A DNA stretch of 63,204 nt from NCBI GenBank assembly GCA_030017475.1, contig JASEIO010000002.1, forward strand, positions 1 to 63,204. Direction: 5' to 3'. Position 1 is the first letter of the stretch, and every line of letters starts with the position of its first letter. This DNA is from a bacterium (lineage in GTDB: Bacteria > UBA9089 > JASEIO01). A program made the position numbers and the translations under genes. The notes beneath the pieces were generated by a model, which worked only from the letters and a program-made list of their open reading frames with translations, did no database searches and had not been told where the DNA came from. Below are positions 51,309 through 62,137 of the stretch, piece after piece.

Positions 51309-52322
51309 TTAGAGACCAGGGACACAGAAAATTTTTATCTTAGCAGTATATCCTGGCTGAAAATTATAATTTGGATTAGGAAGGATAGCCTTTACCTTAC
51401 ACATCCCATCTTCTGACGAAGCCACTCTGGTTACAGAATGAACAGTAGTAGAAACCTTTGTTGGTGGAACTGTATTTACAACTACCTCTACATTTTGTCC
51501 CACCTTTACAAATTTTACTAAACCTGGAGATATCTTTGCCTCAACGAAGACCTTGGATATATCAACAATAGTTAAGAGTGGAGATCCTTCATATACCTTT
51601 TCATTTTTATGAACTGTTATATCGGTTATAAAACCTGACACTGGAGCCCGCACCATCGCCTCTTTCATATCTGCCTGCGCTTTTTGTAAATTAACCTTTG
51701 CCTCTTGAAGGGTGGTTCTGGCAGCCTGAATATCTTCATCTCTTGCAGCTAACACCCTTTCTAAATAAAGTTTTTCAATTTGATGTTCAGCACTGGCCCT
51801 TACATATTCATTTTCTATATCCTCTAATTCTTGTCTACTTATTACTTGTCTTTCATAGGCCTTTTTTGCCCTTTCTAATTTTTTGGATGCATTATCTGAG
51901 ATTACCTTTGTAGATTCAACTCGAGCTTGAGCAATCTTTACATCTATCCCTAACTCTTTGGTTTTTAACCGTTCTATTATCTTTGCATCAAGTCGAGCTC
52001 TTGCTTGAGCAACCAGGGAGCGGCTTGTGTCCAATTCAGCTGCATATAAATCAGTTTCAAAGGCAAGGAGCAGCTGACCCTTTCTTACAAATACACCCTC
52101 TTCTACAATAATTGAGGTTACCTTTCCCGTTAAAGGGGCTTTTACTACTATTTCATCTATAGGGAAAATTTCTCCCACTAATCTTATCTCCCTTTCTTCC
52201 AGTCCTTCATCCATTCCTCCTTTAGTAATTATAGGTCGGTTTTCCTCTTTGTTAGTACAAGCAGAAACAAAAAGTACTATAAAGAAAAAAGAACCAAAAA
52301 ATTTACAAAATCTTCTTTTCAT
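51309..52322 (-). CDS. HlyD-family periplasmic adaptor (membrane fusion) lipoprotein
   Basis: Lipobox (FVSAC), a lipoyl-like segment (APLTGKVTSIIVEEGVFVRKGQLL), a long coiled-coil hairpin and a beta-barrel segment (VRAPVSGFITDITV). Confidence 0.75.
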   Translation of the reverse strand: MKRRFCKFFGSFFFIVLFVSACTNKEENRPIITKGGMDEGLEEREIRLVGEIFPIDEIVVKAPLTGKVTSIIVEEGVFVRKGQLLLAFETDLYAAELDTSRSLVAQARARLDAKIIERLKTKELGIDVKIAQARVESTKVISDNASKKLERAKKAYERQVISRQELEDIENEYVRASAEHQIEKLYLERVLAARDEDIQAARTTLQEAKVNLQKAQADMKEAMVRAPVSGFITDITVHKNEKVYEGSPLLTIVDISKVFVEAKISPGLVKFVKVGQNVEVVVNTVPPTKVSTTVHSVTRVASSEDGMCKVKAILPNPNYNFQPGYTAKIKIFCVPGL

Positions 52323-52455
52323 AATTTCCTCTTCATCCTTCTAACAATGAAAACCTTCAACCACCTATATCGACCAAGCAGAAACTAAAGATTTTATGAA
52401 TTGTCCTACTATCTCATTATTAGCTATTGTTCTTGGTAGTGTTTTGAATTTTGGA

Positions 52456-52477
52456 TTTCGGTCATTCGGATTTAGAT
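52456..52477. repeat. TTYGGTCATTNGRATTT motif, copy 3
   Basis: TTTCGGTCATTCGGATTTAGAT in the divergent intergenic region, about 135-155 nt upstream of the HlyD-family gene. Confidence 0.5.
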
Positions 52478-52635
52478 TCCTCAAAGATAGTATTTTTATA
52501 ATAACATATCATATTATAGTATAGGATTGCAACAAAAAAATTAGTATGCAGGGTATGCCTCAGAGCTATCAGGTGTAAGATATCCTTTTTCTGTCATTCC
52601 ATAACTTGGACATTACGAAAAGGTGGAATTTTCAC

Positions 52636-52664
52636 TTTACATTTTCCCTAAGGTATGTTATGTT
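52636..52664 (+). promoter_or_regulatory. Possible sigma-70 type promoter for the 788-aa secreted protein gene
   Basis: TTTACA-N17-TATGTT, about 30 nt upstream of ATG 52693. Judged by eye only. Confidence 0.25.
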
Positions 52665-52692
52665 TTACAAGATATTTTAATGACATACCATA

Positions 52693-55059
52693 ATGAAGAG
52701 GCTATTTTTATCCTTTAGTATAATAATATACTCCTGTCAGGTCTTTGGAGTACAAGAGAAGGTATTAGTTGTGTATGACCCATCGATTGAGGTGGAAAAA
52801 GAGATAATCAGTAATTTCGGGCAAGCCTTGGATTATTCTAAGATACCTTATGAGCTAATAGACATATCCACAGATATAAATCCAGAAGGATATAGCTTAC
52901 TTCTCTTTGCAACAGAGATGGTTCAGAAACTTGATGTAAGTACTTGTGACAGGATAAAAGACTGGGTCAAGGATGGAGGAGATATAGTAGTAGGGATAAT
53001 GGGATTTAATGAGAACCTAAAAGAGGTTTTCGGTATCACTAATAGTCCCTCTTTTATCTCAACCAATGGATTGATATTTCAAGAAGAGCTCTTTCCTGGG
53101 GTAGAGGGTCTTTTTCTTAAAGAGAGATCCGAGATACAAAGCCTTAATGTTAAATTGGAAGAGGATGTAAAGGTCATTGCCAAATCATCAGATGGCTTGC
53201 CTTTGGTTTGGGAAAATTCATATGAAAAGGGGAAGGTGATCTATTGGAATTCGTGCCTTTTGGGAAATAAAGAATTTCGAGGGTTTTTGATCCAATCCAT
53301 ATTAAAGGCCCAGGATATAGGGGTATCTTTTCTTGCCAATTGTGGGATTATCTATATCGATGACTGTTCCCTTCCAATGTTGAATCTTGAGATGCCACCA
53401 ATAGACAAAAAGGATACAGAATTCTATGTAGAAGATTGGTTTTCAGGAATAATAGAACTTGGACATAGATATGGGTTAAGGTATACCTTAGCCAATGTGT
53501 TCAATTACAATAAAAAGACTTCACCTCCCTTTCCGATGGATGAGTGGAATCATGGTGAGATAGCAATAGATGGAGAAATGAAAAGGGCATCTCCTTATTT
53601 GGCCCATAGGTTTATGGAATATGGGGCTGAAATGGGGTTACATGGATATAACCACCAGCCATTGGTTCTAGATCCTCTTACAATTGATACAGTGGAATAT
53701 AGTAAAGGATGGGAAAGTGGAAGTAACATAAAAGAGGCCCTTAATAAGGCAAGGGAACAATGGATCAAGGATGATTTAGGCCCCCTACCTTTTACCTATG
53801 TCCCTCCTATGGATGTATATAGCAAAGAGGGATTAAAGGCACTACATGAAGCCTTTCCTGAGATAAAGGTAATAGGTGGAGCCTTTTTTGGAAATGAAGA
53901 GATCAAAGAAAGGATAGGATTAGGGGATCGAGAGTTTGGTCCTGAACCATGGAATGAAAATCTTTATTGTATCCCACGGGTTACTGCAGGATACATAATG
54001 ACGGAAAGTAAAAGATTAACTACAATAAGTTTTATCGGAAATTTTGGGGTTTGGTCTCATTTTATCCATCCAGATGATATCTATGATCAAGAGAGAAGGG
54101 GTCCGTATGATAGTTGGGAGGGGTTATGCAGTGAATTTGATAAGTATCTAGAATCTGTAACAACCAATTATCCATGGCTGAGATGGCTTACTGCAAAGGA
54201 TGCCTATAGAGCACTTGTGGATTATGAAGAGATTAAGATAGAAAGCTGTGAAATAGAAGAGTCGAAGATATATCTTAAATTTTCTGGGTATCCAATATAT
54301 TTTATGGTCAGGATAAATGATGGAAGGGCTATAGATCAAATGAAGATATCTAATTGTGAAGCTATATGTACTCAAAATAGAGAGGGGTATAATTATCTTG
54401 TCTTCAAGGCAACCGGAAAATCTGTAACTTTACCTATAACCAGTAGGTGGGTAAACCATAAACCAGAGATCAAAGTCTTGGGTCCTTCAGAGGATACAGA
54501 ATGTGAAGAGGGATTTATGATTAGGTGGTATGATTATGATCCAGATGATGATGCAAAAATCAGTCTATATTATGATACAGATAATGTGGGATATGATGGA
54601 ACATTGATTATTAGTGGAATAAGTGAAGATGATGGGGATAATAAATACTATTTTGATGTATCAAATCTTCCACAAGGGACCTATTATATCTATGGAAAAA
54701 TTAGCGACGGTATTAACCAACCTGTATATAGTTATAGTCAGGGCCGATTAATTGTAAAACCTGTAAAAACCATCGATAATGTCATAGCTTACCCTAATCC
54801 TTGCTTCCCTGATAAAGGACAAGTTGTGTATATTCTCAATCTACCTTTAGATGCAAACACTGTTTATATCTATAATATAGCTGGAGAGTTGGTATGTACC
54901 TTAGAAGAAGAGGATAGGATAACCAAAACAGGGATATCAAAAACTGCTATCTGGAATGTAAAAGATGAGAAAGGCAAATCTGTAGCTTCAGGAATTTATA
55001 TCTATCTATTGAAATCCGATAAGGGAGTAAAGGTCGGTAAGATTGCAATAATTCGATAG
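52693..55059 (+). CDS. Secreted multidomain protein: CE4-like polysaccharide deacetylase-type core, Ig-like domain, C-terminal FlgD-Ig/T9SS-type sorting-like domain
   Basis: Signal peptide. IYIDDCS and GLHGYNHQP (D-D and HxxxH, as in CE4 metal sites). DYDPDDDAKISLYYDTD...GTYYIYGKISDG (Ig-like). The C-terminus VIAYPNPCFP...VYIYNIAGELV...ASGIYIYLLKSDKG is typical of FlgD-Ig/Por-type tails. Confidence 0.5.
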   Translation: MKRLFLSFSIIIYSCQVFGVQEKVLVVYDPSIEVEKEIISNFGQALDYSKIPYELIDISTDINPEGYSLLLFATEMVQKLDVSTCDRIKDWVKDGGDIVVGIMGFNENLKEVFGITNSPSFISTNGLIFQEELFPGVEGLFLKERSEIQSLNVKLEEDVKVIAKSSDGLPLVWENSYEKGKVIYWNSCLLGNKEFRGFLIQSILKAQDIGVSFLANCGIIYIDDCSLPMLNLEMPPIDKKDTEFYVEDWFSGIIELGHRYGLRYTLANVFNYNKKTSPPFPMDEWNHGEIAIDGEMKRASPYLAHRFMEYGAEMGLHGYNHQPLVLDPLTIDTVEYSKGWESGSNIKEALNKAREQWIKDDLGPLPFTYVPPMDVYSKEGLKALHEAFPEIKVIGGAFFGNEEIKERIGLGDREFGPEPWNENLYCIPRVTAGYIMTESKRLTTISFIGNFGVWSHFIHPDDIYDQERRGPYDSWEGLCSEFDKYLESVTTNYPWLRWLTAKDAYRALVDYEEIKIESCEIEESKIYLKFSGYPIYFMVRINDGRAIDQMKISNCEAICTQNREGYNYLVFKATGKSVTLPITSRWVNHKPEIKVLGPSEDTECEEGFMIRWYDYDPDDDAKISLYYDTDNVGYDGTLIISGISEDDGDNKYYFDVSNLPQGTYYIYGKISDGINQPVYSYSQGRLIVKPVKTIDNVIAYPNPCFPDKGQVVYILNLPLDANTVYIYNIAGELVCTLEEEDRITKTGISKTAIWNVKDEKGKSVASGIYIYLLKSDKGVKVGKIAIIR

Positions 55060-55063
55060 AAAA

Positions 55064-56539
55064 CTAAAATCCTTTACCAATCTCAATCTTTGCCTTATCC
55101 CTTAAATTATCATACCATTCATTATATATCCTATTTTGTTTTTCCCATCTTGCACTAAAGATTATATCTTCCCGCATCTTTTGAAACTTCTCTTCTTCGG
55201 GAAGGATTCTTTCCTTTAGCTTGATGATGTGATATCCAAACTGGGTTTTTATTACGTCTGAAACCTCTCCTTCTTTTAATGAAAATGCTGCCTTTGCAAA
55301 ATCTTCATCTACTCTATAACCATATTTTGTAATTTCTCCTTTGAGATTTTTCAGATTTTCTCTATCAAAATCAGGCAGGGTATACCTTCTTGGGATAATC
55401 CCCAGGTCTCCCCCAAATTCCCTTGATTTACCATGAGAATACTTCGCAGCAATCTCTTCAAATCTTTCTCCCTGCTTGATTCTTTTAAGCAAGCCCTTAG
55501 CTATCTTTTCTGCCACGGAATCCTTTTCTTCTTTCGTTTCCATTATTACTTTTCTTACTTTACCTTCTGCTTCCTTAAAAGGTATCACCCTTTCCTCACG
55601 CCTTTCGATAAACTTGATAATATGATATCCAAAGCGTGTTTTAACCAAATCACTCACCTCTCCTTTTTTTAAAGAGAAGGCTACATCTTCAAATTCCTTA
55701 GCCATTTGACCATGGGTAAAAAATCCTAAATCCCCTCCCCTTTTTTTCGATGGGCAATCAGAATACTCCTCAGCCAATTTTACGAAATCCTCTCCCTTTT
55801 TTACCATTTTTAGCAAGCGGAGGGCCTTCTTTCGAGCTTCCTCTTCCGGATTCTCTTTTGAAGAGATCAAAATGTGTCTTACCCTTACCTTTTCAGGTTC
55901 TTTGAACATATCTTTATGGTCATTATAATATCTCTCCACTATTTCTTTCGGAATATCTTGAGGTTTTAATCTATTTGGATCAATCAATATATGGCTAACG
56001 TGACCAGTTTGATAATTAATAAGATAATAACTTTTTACATCTTCATCTGTTATCTTAACACTATCTCTTATTAGTGAGATTACCCTATTTATTATTAGAG
56101 AGTTCCTGACCCCTTTCTCAAGAGCCCTTTTCCTTGAGGCAGGTGCTTTTTCTAAATACTCGTTGTAGGCATGTGAATCAAACTCCCCTTTTTTATTTAC
56201 AAAATACGTTTTTTTAACCTCATCAATTATATCATGATTATTTACCGTAACCCCCATTATCTTAGCCTCTCTGAGCAAAAGCCTTTCTTTTATCAATTCA
56301 TCTAACACCATCTCTTTCAGTTCCCCCTCCTTCACCTTATCTCCATAAATAGTATAAAAGGCATCATAAACCCTATTAAATTCATAAGGGGCAATCTCTT
56401 CTCCTTCAATTTTAGCTATTGGTACATATGACCTTTTTACACAACCTCTACTTGAAACTATATAAACAAAACCACCTATAAAAGAGGCTGCTACTACCCA
56501 AATGATAGGTTTTGTCTTTTTTCGTAGAGCCCTTAACAT
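55064..56539 (-). CDS. ppiD: Membrane-anchored peptidyl-prolyl isomerase with two parvulin domains (PpiD/SurA/PrsA family)
   Basis: N-terminal TM. Two rotamase domains ending in FGYHIIKF and FGYHIIKL. Confidence 0.8.
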   Translation of the reverse strand: MLRALRKKTKPIIWVVAASFIGGFVYIVSSRGCVKRSYVPIAKIEGEEIAPYEFNRVYDAFYTIYGDKVKEGELKEMVLDELIKERLLLREAKIMGVTVNNHDIIDEVKKTYFVNKKGEFDSHAYNEYLEKAPASRKRALEKGVRNSLIINRVISLIRDSVKITDEDVKSYYLINYQTGHVSHILIDPNRLKPQDIPKEIVERYYNDHKDMFKEPEKVRVRHILISSKENPEEEARKKALRLLKMVKKGEDFVKLAEEYSDCPSKKRGGDLGFFTHGQMAKEFEDVAFSLKKGEVSDLVKTRFGYHIIKFIERREERVIPFKEAEGKVRKVIMETKEEKDSVAEKIAKGLLKRIKQGERFEEIAAKYSHGKSREFGGDLGIIPRRYTLPDFDRENLKNLKGEITKYGYRVDEDFAKAAFSLKEGEVSDVIKTQFGYHIIKLKERILPEEEKFQKMREDIIFSARWEKQNRIYNEWYDNLRDKAKIEIGKGF

Positions 56540-56558
56540 AAAATCCTCCTCTCCTTAG

Positions 56559-57932
<1,374 letters not shown>

Positions 57933-57992
57933 TAGTGTCAAAAATAACATAAAAAAGGGAAGAAAGACATTGTTAAGACAAGTGGTCTAAAA

Positions 57993-58265
57993 ATGGTTCA
58001 AAAAACAGTCTCTATTAAGAATAGATTGGGGTTGCATGCAAGAGCCGCATCTTTGTTTGTGCAGGTAGCAAATAAGTTCCAAGCAGAAATCCGTGTAAAG
58101 AAATTCCGAAAGCCAATAGAGGTAAATGGAAAGAGTATCATGGGTATTATAATGTTAGCTGCTATTCAGGGAGAAAAGATAATAATTAAGGCAAAAGGAC
58201 GTGATGCCCGCCTTGCCTTGCAAGAATTAGTAGAATTAATAGAGAATAAATTTGGAGAGGATTAG
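57993..58265 (+). CDS. ptsH: Phosphocarrier protein HPr
   Basis: GLHARAAS (His15 site) and GKSIMGI (Ser46 site). 90 aa. Confidence 0.9.
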   Translation: MVQKTVSIKNRLGLHARAASLFVQVANKFQAEIRVKKFRKPIEVNGKSIMGIIMLAAIQGEKIIIKAKGRDARLALQELVELIENKFGED

Positions 58266-58266
58266 T

Positions 58267-60027
58267 GTGTTATTGATGAAGGGTATTGCTGCATCGCCTG
58301 GCATTTCCATTGGGAAGGCCTTTATCTTTGAGCCAGATAAACTAAAATTAGAAAGAAAAGAGATTACAGAAGATGGGATTGCGGAAGAGATTATACAATT
58401 CAAAGAGGCAATAGAGAGAACTAAAAAGGAATTGATACAGGTTAAAAAAAGGGTAATGGATGAAGTTGGAGAAGAATATGCAAAGATCTTTTCTGCCCAT
58501 TTACTAGTCTTGGAAGACCCATTTTTAATCATTGAGGTGGAGCGTAAGATAAAGGAAGAAAGGATAAATGTAGAATATGCCTTGTTCAGTGTCCTGGAAA
58601 CATTAACCAGTTCCTTTTCTTCCTTAGATGATGAATATATAAAGGAGAGGGCAGTAGATATACATGATATTGGAAGAAGGTTATTGGGTAACCTATTAAA
58701 GCAGAAAAGGGTTAATTTAGAATTAGAAGAAAGTCGCATATTAGTTGGCCATAATTTGACCCCCTCTCATACTGCCCAGCTAAATAAAGAGAAAATTTTA
58801 GCCTTTGTTACTGATATGGGAGGAAGGACCAGTCATACAGCAATCTTGGCGCGCGCCATGGAAATTCCGGCTGTTGTTGGATTAATAAATATTACCTCTT
58901 TACTTAAAGAAGAGGATACCTTAATTGTAGATGGAAATAGGGGAGAGGTAGTTATCAAACCAACCCCTGAAGTGATTGAAGAATATAGCAAAAGGAAAAA
59001 GGAATATGAGCTCTTTATAACTGGATTGGCAAATCTTAAGGATTTACCTGCCCAAACCAAAGATGGATTTAGGATTGAATTATGTGCGAATATTGAAATC
59101 CCTGAGGAGGTTGATTTAGTAAAGGAACATGGTTCAGAAGGGATTGGATTATACCGAACAGAATTTCTTTATTTAGGGAGAAACACCCTTCCTAATGAAG
59201 ATGAACAAGAAGGGGTGTATAAAGAAGTAGCCAGAAAAACTTTCCCTTATTCAGTTATTATTAGAACCTTAGATTTGGGGGGGGATAAACTTTCTTTGCA
59301 TTTAAAACAGCCAGAGGAATTGGAATCCAACCCCTTTTTAGGATTACGGGCAATTCGATTATGTTTAGCGAATGTGGATATATTCAAAACCCAATTGCGG
59401 GCGATACTTAAGGCAAGTGTTTATGGAAATATAAAGATAATATTTCCTATGATCTCTAACCTTGAAGAATTGATAAAGACTAAGGAGATACTCCGGGAGG
59501 TTCAGGAAGAACTTAGAAGGGAAAATATCCCTTTTGATGAAGCCATAGAGATAGGGGTTATGATTGAAACACCTGCAGCCTGTATGATTGCGGATATGTT
59601 AGCCGAAAAGGTTGACTTCTTCTCCATTGGAACAAATGACCTTATTCAATATACCATAGCTGTGGATAGAGGAAATGAGAGGATAGCCCATCTATATGAA
59701 CCTTTGCATCCAGCAATCCTACGACTTATAAAACTTGTAATTGAAGCTGCTCACAGAAGGGGAAAATGGGTAGGGATGTGCGGGGAAATGGCTGGAGATC
59801 CTTTATCTTGTTTAGTACTATTAGGATTAGGCCTGGATGAATTTTCAATGAGTGGAGTAGTAATTCCAGAGATTAAAGAGATAATTAGATCGGTTACCTT
59901 ATCTGAGGCAAAAGAGATAGCAACAGAGGTATCAAAATTAGATACTGCACAAGAGGTAAAGAGTTTGATAAGAAAGAGATTTTCTAAAAAACTTGACAAG
60001 GTTTTACTTCGGAGTGAAAATGGATAA
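58267..60027 (+). CDS. ptsI: Phosphoenolpyruvate-protein phosphotransferase (PTS Enzyme I)
   Basis: GIAASPGISIGKAF, GGRTSHTAILARAMEIPAVVG (active His) and the FFSIGTNDLIQY TIM-barrel motifs. The start is ambiguous: GTG 58267 lies behind GGAGAGG, and ATG 58276 is the alternative. Confidence 0.92.
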   Translation: MLLMKGIAASPGISIGKAFIFEPDKLKLERKEITEDGIAEEIIQFKEAIERTKKELIQVKKRVMDEVGEEYAKIFSAHLLVLEDPFLIIEVERKIKEERINVEYALFSVLETLTSSFSSLDDEYIKERAVDIHDIGRRLLGNLLKQKRVNLELEESRILVGHNLTPSHTAQLNKEKILAFVTDMGGRTSHTAILARAMEIPAVVGLINITSLLKEEDTLIVDGNRGEVVIKPTPEVIEEYSKRKKEYELFITGLANLKDLPAQTKDGFRIELCANIEIPEEVDLVKEHGSEGIGLYRTEFLYLGRNTLPNEDEQEGVYKEVARKTFPYSVIIRTLDLGGDKLSLHLKQPEELESNPFLGLRAIRLCLANVDIFKTQLRAILKASVYGNIKIIFPMISNLEELIKTKEILREVQEELRRENIPFDEAIEIGVMIETPAACMIADMLAEKVDFFSIGTNDLIQYTIAVDRGNERIAHLYEPLHPAILRLIKLVIEAAHRRGKWVGMCGEMAGDPLSCLVLLGLGLDEFSMSGVVIPEIKEIIRSVTLSEAKEIATEVSKLDTAQEVKSLIRKRFSKKLDKVLLRSENG

Positions 60028-60137
60028 AATACCAGAACTCTGAGGATTTTGTCCCTTTTGTGAAAGCCATATAAGTTCCCTACCTTAGAGGTAGCAGCCA
60101 ATAGTCTACATGAGGTAAAGGTTTGAAAAGGAGAATA

Positions 60138-60719
60138 GTGGTTGGCGTAACTGGGGGATTAGGAACAGGAAAAACTACAGTAGCAAATATTTTTAAGAAG
60201 TTTAGAGCAAAGATTATCGATGTGGACAAGATTGCTAAAGAGGTAGTTTCCACTAATGGTCCTACTTTAGCGGCCATAATTAAGTGTTTTGGTGAGGATG
60301 TACTCAATAAAGATAAGACATTGAATAGAAAAAGGTTAGCTTCCGTGGTATTTGAATCTGATGATTTACTAAGGAAATTAGAGGGGATTACTCACCCAGT
60401 AATAAAATCTAAGATAAAAAAAGAGTTAAATGGATTAAATGGGATAATAATAATTGATTGCCCTTTACTCATAGAGGCAGGATTGAAGAATATGGTTGAC
60501 ATTACAGTAGTAGTAAGTGCAAGTTTTGAAAATCAGATCAATCGGGTAAAAGGAAGGTTTCCGAAAGCTCTTGCAAAGAAGATAATTCAGGCTCAACTTC
60601 CTTTATCAAAAAAGGTGGAATTGGCTGATTATGTAATTGATAACAATGGTGGATTAGAGGATACAGAGGCTCAAGTGGAGCATATCTTTGAAGAGTTAAA
60701 AAAGAGGGTAGAGGAGTAG
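60138..60719 (+). CDS. coaE: Dephospho-CoA kinase
   Basis: VGVTGGLGTGKTTV P-loop. About 190 aa. The GTG at 60138 behind AAAGGAGAA is preferred over the ORF-track TTG. Confidence 0.88.
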   Translation: MVGVTGGLGTGKTTVANIFKKFRAKIIDVDKIAKEVVSTNGPTLAAIIKCFGEDVLNKDKTLNRKRLASVVFESDDLLRKLEGITHPVIKSKIKKELNGLNGIIIIDCPLLIEAGLKNMVDITVVVSASFENQINRVKGRFPKALAKKIIQAQLPLSKKVELADYVIDNNGGLEDTEAQVEHIFEELKKRVEE

Positions 60720-60792
60720 GGATTATAGCAATTTTTGGTTTTATTATTGAAGGTACAGGCTTACAAGATTTTTGGGTAGGCAAAGAAAGGAA

Positions 60793-62094
60793 ATGAAAAA
60801 GGTAATAAATATTGGTATAGTTGGGTTTGGAACTGTTGGAAGTGGAGTAGTTGAGGTATTAAGTAATAATCCATCCCGTATCTCTCGGAAGGTGGGTGCA
60901 CGCGTCCAAATTAAAAAGATTGTAGATAAGGATATTACTACTCCTCGAGGTATAAAAGTAGACCGATCACTCCTTTCTACTAATATAAATCATATCTTAG
61001 ATGATCCAGAGATTGATATAGTGGTAGAACTGATTGGTGGAGAGCATGAGGCTCGAGAGATTATCCTTGAAGCAATGAAAAAAGGAAAGCATATAGTTAC
61101 GGCTAATAAAGCCTTATTAGCTAAAGCATGGGATGAAATATTTGAGGCCTCAAAAAGGTATGGTTGCGAGGTTTTGTTTGAGGCATCAGTTGGAGGTGGA
61201 ATTCCAATAATTCAGTGTATAAGACAGGGCCTGGCTTCTAATCGAATCCTTTCTATATTTGGGATCATTAATGGTACCTGTAACTACATATTATCCAAAA
61301 TGAGTTCGGAAAAAAAGGACTTCTGTGAAGTTCTAAAAGAGGCAAAAGAATCTGGCTTTGCAGAAGCCAGTCCAATCCTTGATATAGAAGGAATTGACAC
61401 TGCTCATAAATTGGTGGTACTTGGAAGTTTAGCATTTTCAAAAAGAATAAGTGTGGAAGATGTTTATACTGAGGGTATAACTTATATCACTAAGCGGGAT
61501 ATCGTCTATGCCGAAGAGGAATTTGGCTATACAATTAAGTTATTAGGTATTGCCAAGATAATAGATAACAAGCTTGAGCTCAGGGTACATCCTACTATGA
61601 TTCCAAAAGATCACTTATTGGCCTCTGTTTCTGGGGAATATAACGCTATATATATTATGGGAGATCTAACAGATCCTCTAATGTTTTATGGTAAAGGGGC
61701 AGGGAAGTTTCCTGCTACATCTGCGGTTACAGCTGATATAATCTACCTAGCCAAAAAGATTACGAATGGTGTAGCTGGTTATATTGAGAAATCTTATTAT
61801 GAAGATATCGATATTAAACCAATGGATGAATTTCTAGGGAAGTATTATATAAGATTCGAGACCTTAGATCAACCAGGGGTTTTAGCCAGCATATCTGGTA
61901 TCTTAGGTGAACATAATATTAGCATCTCCTCTGTTATTCAAAAAGAAAGAAGGAGTGGTGATATTGTCCCAATTGTTATGCTTACCCATGAAGCCAAGGA
62001 GGCGAATATAAGGATTGCCTTGAAAAAGATTGACAAGCTTCCGATAGTTAAGGCAAAAAGCCTACTGATTAGAGTGGAGGAATTAACAAAATAG
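60793..62094 (+). CDS. hom: Homoserine dehydrogenase with a C-terminal ACT domain
   Basis: IGIVGFGTVGSGV, the FEASVGGGIPII motif and the ACT tail (DQPGVLASISGILGEHNISI). Start trimmed to ATG 60793. Confidence 0.9.
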   Translation: MKKVINIGIVGFGTVGSGVVEVLSNNPSRISRKVGARVQIKKIVDKDITTPRGIKVDRSLLSTNINHILDDPEIDIVVELIGGEHEAREIILEAMKKGKHIVTANKALLAKAWDEIFEASKRYGCEVLFEASVGGGIPIIQCIRQGLASNRILSIFGIINGTCNYILSKMSSEKKDFCEVLKEAKESGFAEASPILDIEGIDTAHKLVVLGSLAFSKRISVEDVYTEGITYITKRDIVYAEEEFGYTIKLLGIAKIIDNKLELRVHPTMIPKDHLLASVSGEYNAIYIMGDLTDPLMFYGKGAGKFPATSAVTADIIYLAKKITNGVAGYIEKSYYEDIDIKPMDEFLGKYYIRFETLDQPGVLASISGILGEHNISISSVIQKERRSGDIVPIVMLTHEAKEANIRIALKKIDKLPIVKAKSLLIRVEELTK

Positions 62095-62137
62095 TGGATG
62101 GTAATGGGTGGGAGGAAGATAGGCGAAGGAGGTCAAT

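Noticed and set aside
52323-52692. Strand switch region as a possible replication origin
   Set aside because: I noticed no DnaA-box clusters (TTATCCACA or its complement) and no dnaA/dnaN nearby. It is more simply a divergent promoter region.
58236-58739. 167-aa minus-strand ORF
   Set aside because: It is antisense to the N-terminal region of ptsI, whose motifs are unambiguous. It is a shadow ORF.
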